Virus record (IMG/VR): IMGVR_UViG_3300034121_001409
Span: 1-64,000 of that record
Origin: a virus
Direction: 5' to 3' (one strand)
DNA: 64,000 nt
Each line of letters begins with the position of its first letter. The first letter of the stretch is position 1. Both the position numbers and the translations under genes were made by a program. Below, one piece after another: positions 7,531-16,690 of this stretch. The notes beneath the pieces were generated by a model. It was not told the DNA's origin. It saw only the letters and a list, made by a program, of their open reading frames with translations, and did not search any database.

Positions 7531-8521
7531 TTATAATCTTGAAATTACGCACATGGTAATCTCCATTGTTTTCAGTTCTTATGTGTGCGAACCCATGCAT
7601 ATAATTATTAGCAAATGGTGAATAGTCAGGATTTAATTCACACAAACAACCCGTACTATAAGTAATAACAGCAGAACCATTTAAAGTTGTTTCCTGATGC
7701 TCTGAAACCTTATGTACGTGCCCTATTATGGTAGATTCTTTCGCTCTCATAAATACACCTCTCGCAGCGTTAACAGGTGCGAAAACACCTCTTAAAAGCA
7801 AATGTCCATGAGTTACATTTAGCTTCCCGATTTTAACCAATGTTTTATCATCTATTTTTTTTACTCTGTGATTTGCTAAATTCAATCTATCTTCAAGTAA
7901 ATAGTATTCATCAAAAAACAACATAGGTGCTTTTACCTTCAACCATTCTTCATACCTTACATCATGGTTTCCTAATAACCAATAGACATTAGCATTAGGT
8001 AGTTTATATCTTAGATACTCAAAGAACTGAATACAAGCGTTAAATTCATCTTTGGTGCATCGTTTTGTCGGGTCTGCCTGAAATCTGCTTTGATGGTGAA
8101 AATCTAACAAATCACCGTTTATAAAGACTGTATTTACCTTATGCTCTACACCGTAATTTATAGCAGCTTCAACAGCACTATTAACCTGATACGGAATATG
8201 CAAATCAGAAATCATTAAAATATTATTGTCAGCAACAGGCAATTTATATTTCTTTTGTTCCCCAGCAAAACTGTCAGGCATTTTAGGCATTGTACTTATT
8301 TTTTCTACTTTGCCATTTTGTTTAAAAAATACATTATGTTTTCTTGAATATTCCCCATGCTCTCCACGATATGTCCTAACTGTCGTTCTTGCATCTTCAG
8401 CATCTTTAAATAGTAGTGGGTTTTGTTTGTAGGCAATATCTGCTATTGTTTTTGTCGGGTGCTTGGGAAACTTCTTTATAAGTTCCATTACTACTGTTCC
8501 TTTCGGTGTTACTTTAGCCAT
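7514..8521 (-). CDS. Calcineurin-like metallophosphoesterase
   Basis: SDLH, GDLLD, GNHD, HGH and GHVH motifs in canonical order. Confidence 0.92.
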   Translation of the reverse strand: MAKVTPKGTVVMELIKKFPKHPTKTIADIAYKQNPLLFKDAEDARTTVRTYRGEHGEYSRKHNVFFKQNGKVEKISTMPKMPDSFAGEQKKYKLPVADNNILMISDLHIPYQVNSAVEAAINYGVEHKVNTVFINGDLLDFHHQSRFQADPTKRCTKDEFNACIQFFEYLRYKLPNANVYWLLGNHDVRYEEWLKVKAPMLFFDEYYLLEDRLNLANHRVKKIDDKTLVKIGKLNVTHGHLLLRGVFAPVNAARGVFMRAKESTIIGHVHKVSEHQETTLNGSAVITYSTGCLCELNPDYSPFANNYMHGFAHIRTENNGDYHVRNFKIINGKIY

Positions 8522-8530
8522 ATAGTTAGT

Positions 8531-8734
8531 TTAGTTAGAAGTTTTTTTCATTATATCTATCTTGTCTGAAATCTCAAATTCGTAATGGTCACTTGCTTCA
8601 ACTCCACACATTAAAGAGTACATAATAAGATTGTTTGGATGTATAGATATTGATACTATTACTCTTTCGTGCTGTTCCGAGTCTGTAACCAAATACACAC
8701 TGTCGCCTATATCGTATTTAGTAGTTAGCTTCAT
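8531..8734 (-). CDS. Small SH3/KOW-like hypothetical protein
   Basis: TKYDIGDSVYLV pattern; collinear with its neighbours. Confidence 0.65.
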   Translation of the reverse strand: MKLTTKYDIGDSVYLVTDSEQHERVIVSISIHPNNLIMYSLMCGVEASDHYEFEISDKIDIMKKTSN

Positions 8735-8751
8735 TTATTGGAGAGAATTAT

Positions 8752-9186
8752 TTATATCGTTTTCAATTGGAAATGCATACCATCCCAATTAGCCGGACTC
8801 CAATATCCACCCCAATCAAATCCTGCATCAGTGAAGCATTTAACAAATCCTGCGCTTAATGTTGGCTTCTTCTGCCACCCATTCCATGCAGCATTCACAT
8901 CTACTGCTACACCCCAAGAATGAAGACTCGCTGCTTTGCTTCCTTTTTTCTTTCGCACATTGAAACAACCATCCCATGTTTTCAGCTCATTCACAAAACC
9001 TCTATCTATAAGGTTTTTAAAAGCCTGTGTCAATGGTGCAATCATTGCTCTGTTGCAATATATTTTTTTAGGAATAATTCCTATTTCTAACTCAGCAGGA
9101 ACATCCCACATTGTCATATAAACTCCTTCTCCTTTCGGTGTTGTAGGGTCTCCCCATTTATCCCAACATTGTTTGCTTGATAACAT
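8752..9186 (-). CDS. Endolysin, peptidase M15 family (L-Ala-D-Glu peptidase type)
   Basis: FNVR, SLHSWGVAVD (SxHxxGxAxD), WGG.W and DGMHFQ motifs. Confidence 0.92.
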   Translation of the reverse strand: MLSSKQCWDKWGDPTTPKGEGVYMTMWDVPAELEIGIIPKKIYCNRAMIAPLTQAFKNLIDRGFVNELKTWDGCFNVRKKKGSKAASLHSWGVAVDVNAAWNGWQKKPTLSAGFVKCFTDAGFDWGGYWSPANWDGMHFQLKTI

Positions 9187-9196
9187 AATTATAGTT

Positions 9197-9421
9197 TTAA
9201 ATGACTATTTCTTTTTCTTTCTTTCCTGTCAGGTCAATAACAACAAGCGGATACTTGGCTTCATTGTTATACACCCCTGCTGTAGCTTTGATGTTTTTAA
9301 GCGCAGACGCTTTTGTTTTCACACACTCGCTGCTCTGAAGAACTTCTCCGTTCTTTGCATACACAGTCACAAAGAATTGACCGAGTGTTTTCTTTGCTGT
9401 TGATTTATTAATTGTAATCAT
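9197..9421 (-). CDS. DUF1508/YegP-like protein
   Basis: FFVTVYAKNGEVLQSSECVKTKASALKNI matches the F....A.NG......SE.Y.....A...I pattern. Confidence 0.8.
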   Translation of the reverse strand: MITINKSTAKKTLGQFFVTVYAKNGEVLQSSECVKTKASALKNIKATAGVYNNEAKYPLVVIDLTGKKEKEIVI

Positions 9422-9431
9422 CTTAATGTTT

Positions 9432-9893
9432 TTAAAATTTACTAATAACTACCCATGTCAATAAACCCATGACTGCTAAATTTAATCCTCCGGCTCCTAA
9501 ACTTATACCCAACTTCATTATGTTGTTTTTCCTGACCTGTTTAGTAAAAGCAGTTTCCATTTTATCTAATCGTGAGTTCGTGATATCGTTCAATTCTTTC
9601 ATGTTCGAATTAACCTTCTTAAAGTCTATACCGTTCTGCTTGTGCCACTCCAACTGCTTCTTCTGCTCTACGTTCACAGAATCCTGAACAACTATTTTTT
9701 CTTTCAATAATACGTTCTCTTCCCTACATTCATCTCTATCGTCTTTCCATCCGATATATTTAGACTGCTGCTCCGGAGTGGAGCATATAACAGTATCTGA
9801 GCCAATCTTTGCTTTAATTGGATAAATACTCTCGGCTCTTGTCAACAAGACCATCTGTAGTAAGATTGCTGTTGCTAATACGAATCTTTTCAT
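9432..9893 (-). CDS. Spanin-like lysis protein (signal peptide, coiled coil, C-terminal hydrophobic segment)
   Basis: Overlaps 9814..10179 by 80 nt and lies next to the endolysin. Confidence 0.5.
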   Translation of the reverse strand: MKRFVLATAILLQMVLLTRAESIYPIKAKIGSDTVICSTPEQQSKYIGWKDDRDECREENVLLKEKIVVQDSVNVEQKKQLEWHKQNGIDFKKVNSNMKELNDITNSRLDKMETAFTKQVRKNNIMKLGISLGAGGLNLAVMGLLTWVVISKF

Positions 9894-10179
9894 ACTTCTT
9901 TTTTAAATCAGAAATTTCTTTATCTGAGGCTCTTAATTTCTCTTCAAGTTTTAATACCTTTTGCTCACTCGCACCTATGCGCTCATATCGGGCTTCTACA
10001 GTGTCTAAGATGGTCTTATTTTCTTTTTCAATCATATCCTCCACCTTATCCAAGATATCGCTATAATCAGGAGCAGGAGCCTTTCTGAAGATAACAAATA
10101 AAACTAATACAGCTACCATAAATAGCAGTATAATAAATTTTACATTTCCCTTAATCCATTTTACAATCTGCTGTTTCAT
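9814..10179 (-). CDS. i-spanin-like protein (N-terminal TM plus coiled coil)
   Basis: FIILLFMVAVLVLFVIF TM followed by a heptad-rich helix; lysis context. Confidence 0.55.
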   Translation of the reverse strand: MKQQIVKWIKGNVKFIILLFMVAVLVLFVIFRKAPAPDYSDILDKVEDMIEKENKTILDTVEARYERIGASEQKVLKLEEKLRASDKEISDLKKKYEKIRISNSNLTTDGLVDKSREYLSN

Positions 10180-10180
10180 A

Positions 10181-10471
10181 TTAATCCATTTCTTTTTCTA
10201 ATTCACCTGATTGAATAGGCACATCATTGCTTGTTATTTGTTTCTCTTTAGATAATGTTTTACCTACAACCAATGCACCTGCTGCTGTTACAAATGCACC
10301 TGCACCCATAACACCTGCTTCAAACTTAGTAAAAATAGATATCAAAAGTCCTGCACAAGCAAAAACACCAAACCAAAAACCTAAAAATAAAGGCATAGAA
10401 GATTTACCGTTGCTACCATTGAACATCTGTACAAAACTAAATTCGTTTACGGATAGGTTATTCTTTTTCAT
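10181..10471 (-). CDS. Holin-like two-TM membrane protein
   Basis: Two hydrophobic helices, charged C-tail, upstream of spanin and endolysin genes. Confidence 0.55.
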   Translation of the reverse strand: MKKNNLSVNEFSFVQMFNGSNGKSSMPLFLGFWFGVFACAGLLISIFTKFEAGVMGAGAFVTAAGALVVGKTLSKEKQITSNDVPIQSGELEKEMD

Positions 10472-10526
10472 CCTATTTTTGTTTGCATTGTAGGTTTTTA
10501 CGCTATAATATGACTGACGAGTTTTT

Positions 10527-10796
10527 TTATAATAGTTTAATCAAAATCTGTGGTTGTATATTATTTGGATAACCAATTATTAGTTCACAATTTTCCTCTT
10601 TCTGTAACGATAACATAAAGGCATTTATCTTGTTATTAATCCTTAAATATTTTTCTTCCTGTTTTCTTCTGATAAAAGCTAACATTTCCTTTTCTTTTTC
10701 GGCTTCATTGTCCAATTCTTTTATGTTAGAATTTAATTTAGGATTTGCAGCCTTACTGATTATTGGTTTTAATTTTTTTGCCATTTTATTCTTCAT
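10527..10796 (-). CDS. Hypothetical protein
   Basis: Collinear ORF; start may be at MAKKLKP. Confidence 0.55.
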   Translation of the reverse strand: MKNKMAKKLKPIISKAANPKLNSNIKELDNEAEKEKEMLAFIRRKQEEKYLRINNKINAFMLSLQKEENCELIIGYPNNIQPQILIKLL

Positions 10797-11010
10797 TTAA
10801 TTGTGTTAAATAGCTATCAACAACAGCTTGTCTCTGTGCATCAACTTGAAATCCTGTCTGAGCATTATCGCTTTCAACTTCAAGGTGTTTTGTAAAGTTT
10901 GGAATCAAACCTTGATTATCTTTGATGGCAACAGAAATTATAACCTTATATTTATTTTCTGTTGTTTCCTGTTCTGCTGTTATGCTTTGTTCTATAATTT
11001 CGTATCTCAT
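10786..11010 (-). CDS. Small hypothetical protein, possible tail fibre chaperone
   Basis: Directly downstream of the tail fibre gene. Confidence 0.55.
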   Translation of the reverse strand: MRYEIIEQSITAEQETTENKYKVIISVAIKDNQGLIPNFTKHLEVESDNAQTGFQVDAQRQAVVDSYLTQLNEE

Positions 11011-11021
11011 ATTTATTCTAT

Positions 11022-12623
11022 TTACATATTTGAATGTGAAAACTTACGCCATGCTGTTCCATCGTAAAAACAAAGTTCATGCAATGTTGTATTATACACT
11101 ATTAACCCCTCCGCTGGAGATACTATGGCGTTTATTTCCGTTGTTGTCATTCGAGGTGGTAAAAAACCCATTGTAGTGCTGTTTATCTGTAACTTAGCAC
11201 TTGCAACTGGAGATGTCGTACCTATACCAACACTTCCTAATGCTGCCGTTGTACTTCCTTTTATAGTAAGAATTTCCGAAGGAGTAAAATTACCAAATCC
11301 ACCCGCTTGACCTGTATTTCCACAAAAATCCATTTGACCGTTTGCCGTTTTTATTACGTTTGAGTATGTTAACTCACCTCTGTAAGAACCGCTTATATAA
11401 TCGCCATTGAATACAATTGCATTAGTAGTTGATGAGGGCTTGGCAAAGGTCAAGTAATTACTTCCTGTGCTTGTAACTACACAGACTGGCGATGTGCTTG
11501 TACTAATCATTATATGTTGTGACGTTCCGGCTGAATATTGTAAGAATCCAGTTAAAGAACCTATCCATTGTGTATTAGATAAAAAGTTAACAAAAGAGCC
11601 CGATACCAACTGAATATTACCAGCCGTTATGTTAAGCGCATTATTAGTTGTCGCACCACTTGCCGTTAATTGTAATGCTATATTGGTGCTTGTTGTTCCT
11701 GTGTGTGTGTTGCTGAATATACCGGCTCTTGTTGTTTGTGCTGACGTTGCATTGGCACCGCTTAAAGCTACATTAAAAAGAGTTTGAGTATTTGATGCCG
11801 CTGCTGTAGAAGTAGAACTTATTTTGAATCCTATTCCGGAGGAAATACTGTTCCACTGCCAATCAACAGCATTTGCTGCTGAATTTATTGTTGCTGCTGT
11901 TGTTGCTGCTGTTATTGCATCTAATGTTGCACCACCCGATATAGTCCAGCTTCTATTGTCGCTTAAATCATAAGTTGTTCCATTAATAGTAAGTGTTCTT
12001 GCATTTGTTACCGGTGTATATCCCAATGCAGTTGTAATTTGAGTGCTATTTATAGATGTCAGATAACCACTATCATTTGTCCATTGGCTTATGTTTCCTG
12101 TTTTATTTGTAAAAGCCGTAGAGCTTGTTGCTGTTGCATATCCGGCTAATGCATGGTTTCCCCAACCATAGGCTGTATTCCAATTAGTTGAGTTATCTGT
12201 TATAGAAGCAGCCCAAGCTGTGCCTGTACTTATTGGTATTCCTGCACTTGGATAAACCACTGTACCCCCTGAAATAGATGGTATTATATTCCAACCGTCT
12301 TCTGAATAAGACAAACTATCTCCTGATTCTAAAGTGGCTTTTATTAGTATAACTTCTGTACCAAGTCCATTTATTTTAACAGTAATCTCAGAAGCTACTG
12401 TGTCTTGATTATAAATTGAAATAGCAACAATATCTCTTGAGGATTGGTCTGTAGGTGCTAATAAGGCTACCACAGGAGTTGTGTTGTTTGTATGCCCTAT
12501 AGTGGTGATATTTTTTTTATCTGCGTTATTGGTGTAAGTAACAGAATAACTAATTTGGTGTGTTGTCACAACCCCTGATAGAACCAACTCTAATCTTGAT
12601 AATATGTTAGTTAAAGCTATCAC
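11022..12623 (-). CDS. Tail fibre / receptor-binding protein
   Basis: Ser/Thr/Gly-rich; NWNTAYGWGNHA, TLTINGTTYDLS..RSW and C-terminal VGIGTTSP...GFLPPRMT...GLIVYNT motifs. Confidence 0.8.
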   Translation of the reverse strand: MIALTNILSRLELVLSGVVTTHQISYSVTYTNNADKKNITTIGHTNNTTPVVALLAPTDQSSRDIVAISIYNQDTVASEITVKINGLGTEVILIKATLESGDSLSYSEDGWNIIPSISGGTVVYPSAGIPISTGTAWAASITDNSTNWNTAYGWGNHALAGYATATSSTAFTNKTGNISQWTNDSGYLTSINSTQITTALGYTPVTNARTLTINGTTYDLSDNRSWTISGGATLDAITAATTAATINSAANAVDWQWNSISSGIGFKISSTSTAAASNTQTLFNVALSGANATSAQTTRAGIFSNTHTGTTSTNIALQLTASGATTNNALNITAGNIQLVSGSFVNFLSNTQWIGSLTGFLQYSAGTSQHIMISTSTSPVCVVTSTGSNYLTFAKPSSTTNAIVFNGDYISGSYRGELTYSNVIKTANGQMDFCGNTGQAGGFGNFTPSEILTIKGSTTAALGSVGIGTTSPVASAKLQINSTTMGFLPPRMTTTEINAIVSPAEGLIVYNTTLHELCFYDGTAWRKFSHSNM

Positions 12624-12625
12624 TA

Positions 12626-13213
12626 TTAGTCCATTTGTTTTTCATCTTGTGTTTTTCCTAAAAACTTTTCTACGTTTCCATCTTTGTTAAAGTTCTGCAT
12701 TCTCATCATCCACCATAAAGGAGGAAACTTCTTATCGCTAACATAGAAAATGTTATTAAATGCAGAAAGAGTAGGATATGTCATTATAAGTAACTTCCAA
12801 GTGAGAACAAAATAGTTTCTTGCATCAGGTGAGTTTATAAACTCCTGTGGACTTGAAAACGCTTGGAATATCTGAACAGCAACGTAACTTACTCCAAGTT
12901 TAGTAGCTAAACCTATAATCAAAAGAAGCATATTAAACCTACTTAGTTTGAATGACTTTAATACTCCCATAAACGCATCTGTTAAGCATAAGAAAATAAC
13001 AGTTTGAAAAAAGTATTTTTCAGGTATAAGAAAATCTCTTACAAAATCAGTTATGTATATTAACGGACTTAGCATTATAGTAAACATAATAGAGTATAGT
13101 ACTTTTACTTTAAATGATTTTATACCTATCGCATAGATAAGGTTCTCTATAAATCCATCTATAAATTCTTTTACCATTGTATGGCTTTTTATTTGGCTAC
13201 TTAATGAGTTCAT
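12626..13213 (-). CDS. Holin-like multi-TM membrane protein
   Basis: 3-4 TM helices; D..MG..K pattern of phage holin family 4-like proteins. Confidence 0.55.
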   Translation of the reverse strand: MNSLSSQIKSHTMVKEFIDGFIENLIYAIGIKSFKVKVLYSIMFTIMLSPLIYITDFVRDFLIPEKYFFQTVIFLCLTDAFMGVLKSFKLSRFNMLLLIIGLATKLGVSYVAVQIFQAFSSPQEFINSPDARNYFVLTWKLLIMTYPTLSAFNNIFYVSDKKFPPLWWMMRMQNFNKDGNVEKFLGKTQDEKQMD

Positions 13214-13392
13214 ACTCCTGCTTTAATCGCATTCTTTTCAATACCTGCAACTTTGACTATTTGCATTGTCTTGATGAATTTAAGATTGTCATTTGGCAAA
13301 GCATCAACATCTGCTTTTACTTTAGCATCAATAGCTTTGATTTGATTAATTTGTTCTTCTGTAAAAACATTTATCTGAAGTAAGTTACTCAT
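13210..13392 (-). CDS. Small hypothetical protein
   Basis: ATGA overlap with the downstream gene. Confidence 0.55.
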   Translation of the reverse strand: MSNLLQINVFTEEQINQIKAIDAKVKADVDALPNDNLKFIKTMQIVKVAGIEKNAIKAGV

Positions 13393-13420
13393 AGTTGTAT
13401 GTTTTAATTAAATGTTTTAA

Positions 13421-13525
13421 TTAAATAATTCCTTTATTGCTTAAAATTGAGAGTACGGTTGCTAATATTACTATAACAGCAAACCACGAAACCCAAAACG
13501 CTATTCTTTTCTTTGATATGCTCAT
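13421..13525 (-). CDS. 34-aa single-pass membrane peptide (not in the ORF track)
   Basis: MSISKKRIAFWVSWFAVIVILATVLSILSNKGII; ATGA overlap with the stop of 13522..13923. Confidence 0.55.
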   Translation of the reverse strand: MSISKKRIAFWVSWFAVIVILATVLSILSNKGII

Positions 13526-13923
13526 ATTCTATATTTTTTAGATGTGTAAAATAGATGAAAAGATACAGTCCTTACAAAATAGACAGACAGTAATTGAAAG
13601 CTATAATATGGTGTTACTTTGCCGGAAATAAAACCTACAAAAAAGCCTGACAGTATAAGACAGATTGTAAGCACTAATTGATACTTATGCCATCCATCTG
13701 TTTGTGCTACAAATAAGTTTCTCATTAGCCATACCTTTATTTTGCCTGTATATTTATTTTTGTTTTGACTACTTAAATGCTTATGCCAATATTCGTATGG
13801 TGTTTTATTCAGTTTGGATTCTTCTGATAAATCACATATCATTTTTGCATACCCTGAAAAATAGGCTGCAATGTGAGCGACTAAGCTAAAAACGACTGAT
13901 AATATAATTAATATTTTATCCAT
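13522..13923 (-). CDS. Membrane protein (TDGWH motif)
   Basis: Three hydrophobic segments; NK..Y...TDGWH motif. Confidence 0.65.
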   Translation of the reverse strand: MDKILIILSVVFSLVAHIAAYFSGYAKMICDLSEESKLNKTPYEYWHKHLSSQNKNKYTGKIKVWLMRNLFVAQTDGWHKYQLVLTICLILSGFFVGFISGKVTPYYSFQLLSVYFVRTVSFHLFYTSKKYRI

Positions 13924-13929
13924 TATTTA

Positions 13930-15993
13930 TTAAATAGGAAATTTTTTAATTAATGCTTTAATATTAACAGAACCTGTTGTTAAGTCTTGCGGATTTACTT
14001 CACTACCTCCTACATCAAAGTTTATAAACATTTCTAAATCATTAAACCCATTTGTGATATCATAGGTATCTGCAAAACTTGCAACTGTTACTGTTTTGCC
14101 GACTGTACCTAAATAAAGATTGCTACTTACTGTAGCCGACATAACTCCTGCAGAACCATATATAGTATCGAAAACCTCAGTAACATTCTGATAAATTTTA
14201 TCGACGTAGTAGCCGCTTGGAATCCCTTTTAATTCTACTTGAACCAGACTTGTGGCAGCCGCAACGTTAATGTCGTTATAAGTAACTGTACCTAACTCAA
14301 AAATGATTTCATCTTTAGGTTCAGTTATAAGTATTACCATATCATCAATACCACCAAATTCACTGGGAAATTGAACCTTTCTAAAAGTTAACGTTGAACC
14401 TTTTTCAATTATAGTTGGAACGGCTGTAAGTTCTGATACTACTCCATTAAAAGTAACATTTGTAACTTGACATAAACAATGAATAGTTATATCTGCACCA
14501 AGTAAATGTTTTTCCTTAATAATATTAAAAGTAATATTATCAACAGGTGATTGAATACCTTCACCAGCAGAACCTATAGCATTCCAACCATTTTTAACTT
14601 CAACTGTATCATTATCTTCTATAACGGTAAAACTTCCAAGTCCTTGTAAGCTATTAGTGAAATTTACATATTGGTCTGTATAACCTGTAATTGTTTCATT
14701 TACATCCACACTCCCAAAAATACCATCTTCACTTGCATTATATAGAACAACATCATTTAATTCATCTTTAAAAACATAGAAAGTTCTTATTTCAGCAAAA
14801 GTACTTGAACCACTTTCTCTTTGTGTATTTGGCTGTATAAAGTAGCTTTGGTAATGAGTTTGATAAACACCTCCATCAACAAAGTAAAATCTTATTTTAG
14901 GAATGTGAGTTTCAAAATCAAATACATATTCAGGAATATCTTCAGGTATTTTAACTTTAAAAGTGGGATATAGTTCTCTGTCTACATAGAATATTAAAAG
15001 TTTATCTAAATCATCTGCAACAATAGTGTAGTTTTCTTCAATATCTAAATCTGCACTTGTGATAAATTTCTGATTGAAAAATAGCTCATCATCAGAAGGA
15101 ATCATGTTATTACCACCTGTATTAAAAAGTTCCCAAACTGCTGCTCCCTCTGTTGCGTCGGTACAAATGTAAGTTGTGTTATCATCCAAACTCCATAAGC
15201 TACCAACGCTATACCCTTTTGTATCATCATCGTTTACGGTAGGTGTAGTGGTGAAATTATAAAGCGATTGTCTTATTGTATTACCATTACTGCCCATTAC
15301 ATACAACCGCCCAGCTTCCCATTTTAATTCGTAACCAACAGCACATATTTGAGCAATACCATTAGTACCGCCTAATCCTGCATCAATCGTTCCTTTTTTT
15401 AGCATGGAACTATTATCTAATATAATAGCATCGCCATCGGATAAGTTTATATTTTCACCATCTGTTGTATTGCCATTAACAAGAGTTTCTGCTAATGTTT
15501 GTGACCCACCACTGCCACCACCTGATTCCGCAGGAATATTCTCTATAGCATCCTTTATTTGAGCTTCATTTTCCGATACTAAATAATAATTAAAGTTTGA
15601 TGCGTTTTGTGTTTTTGACTCACTGTAAGTGGTTATAAGTGACTTAGAGCCTCTGCTCTCTATTTTGACTATTGTAAAAGGATTTAAGTATGTTAATCTT
15701 ACTTCAGATGTTTTCTCGTTTAGTGCCTCTGTATTTACTGCTAAAAGAGTTCCTAAAACATCTCCTGCTCCGCTTCCACTTGGGGTTATTATCTCTAAAT
15801 TTGTCACGTCTGAGTAACGAATAACGCCACCTTTGCTCTTATTTATACCTTTGGTGTTAATATAAAAAATTAAAACCCCTGATTTAGTTATAGAGCTTTC
15901 TATTAGGTACTCAGGTATAAATACAGTTTTAGGTGCTGAAAGCTGCTTAGAGCCTTCTATTCTGAAATCAAATTTATAAAATCTTAAGCCCAT
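13930..15993 (-). CDS. Second tail fibre / spike-like structural protein
   Basis: Gly linker followed by QTLAETLVNGNTT, TPTVNDD..KGYSVGSLW and YICTDATEGAAVW fibre-type motifs; beta-rich C-terminal half. Confidence 0.65.
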   Translation of the reverse strand: MGLRFYKFDFRIEGSKQLSAPKTVFIPEYLIESSITKSGVLIFYINTKGINKSKGGVIRYSDVTNLEIITPSGSGAGDVLGTLLAVNTEALNEKTSEVRLTYLNPFTIVKIESRGSKSLITTYSESKTQNASNFNYYLVSENEAQIKDAIENIPAESGGGSGGSQTLAETLVNGNTTDGENINLSDGDAIILDNSSMLKKGTIDAGLGGTNGIAQICAVGYELKWEAGRLYVMGSNGNTIRQSLYNFTTTPTVNDDDTKGYSVGSLWSLDDNTTYICTDATEGAAVWELFNTGGNNMIPSDDELFFNQKFITSADLDIEENYTIVADDLDKLLIFYVDRELYPTFKVKIPEDIPEYVFDFETHIPKIRFYFVDGGVYQTHYQSYFIQPNTQRESGSSTFAEIRTFYVFKDELNDVVLYNASEDGIFGSVDVNETITGYTDQYVNFTNSLQGLGSFTVIEDNDTVEVKNGWNAIGSAGEGIQSPVDNITFNIIKEKHLLGADITIHCLCQVTNVTFNGVVSELTAVPTIIEKGSTLTFRKVQFPSEFGGIDDMVILITEPKDEIIFELGTVTYNDINVAAATSLVQVELKGIPSGYYVDKIYQNVTEVFDTIYGSAGVMSATVSSNLYLGTVGKTVTVASFADTYDITNGFNDLEMFINFDVGGSEVNPQDLTTGSVNIKALIKKFPI

Positions 15994-16003
15994 GTTTTTT
16001 TTT

Positions 16004-16011
16004 CAAAATTA
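16004..16011 (-). promoter_or_regulatory. Bacteroidota -7 promoter box TAATTTTG
   Basis: TAnnTTTG consensus, intergenic, 10 nt upstream of ATG 15993. Confidence 0.6.
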
Positions 16012-16048
16012 AAACTTTATTGTATACAAAACAATAACCTGTATTATT

Positions 16049-16690
16049 TTACCTTATAGCACCAAAAAGAAACTTGGCGTTTTTCAACCTTCCGGCTGTT
16101 ACAACACTGCTTCCGGCTCCTTCTAAAAGCTCTCCTACGTTGTCTTTAGCGTAACAAACCTTCAGTCTTCCTGCTCTGTGCTTCTTGTTGATGTCAATAT
16201 CAATATGCTCAACCGGAGATATATTGTACAGGTCTATCATCTTAATCAGGCTGCTTTTTCTTATAGCGTAGCATACCGTAGACCACACGCATTCTTTTTC
16301 TTGCAGAAGATGATTAACGCTGCTTATTATCTTATGGTTTTTTGATGAAGCAAACGCTACCGGAAACACCATATCATACTGCTCCGGTGCAGAAGCCAAC
16401 ATCTCTTCTATTTTTTCTTTTGCATCCGAGTTTGCCTTCATATCATCCTCCATGAATACACACCAATCTGAATCATCACTCATGCTGTTCTGCCACATAA
16501 GCATATGGCTTACCCAACAACCCAACAACCCAAGCCTGTGTGATTTGTTTGTATTCCGGAGTTCTGTTTTATTGTTATTGAGACCATAAAAAACCTTTGG
16601 CTCTATACCGGCTTTATTCAATGTTACCAAAGTCCGTTGGAGCCTGTCCGGTGTTTCTTTCAGTGTGAGTATTGTATAAGATATTTTCAT
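16049..16690 (-). CDS. Glycosyltransferase family 25
   Basis: L....DR, GCWVSH..MW, FMEDD, YAI and HID motifs. Confidence 0.85.
   Translation of the reverse strand: MKISYTILTLKETPDRLQRTLVTLNKAGIEPKVFYGLNNNKTELRNTNKSHRLGLLGCWVSHMLMWQNSMSDDSDWCVFMEDDMKANSDAKEKIEEMLASAPEQYDMVFPVAFASSKNHKIISSVNHLLQEKECVWSTVCYAIRKSSLIKMIDLYNISPVEHIDIDINKKHRAGRLKVCYAKDNVGELLEGAGSSVVTAGRLKNAKFLFGAIR

Noticed and set aside
13399-13424. 13-bp tandem duplication ATGTTTTAATTAA
   Set aside because: Short AT-rich slippage duplication with no further copies or evident function
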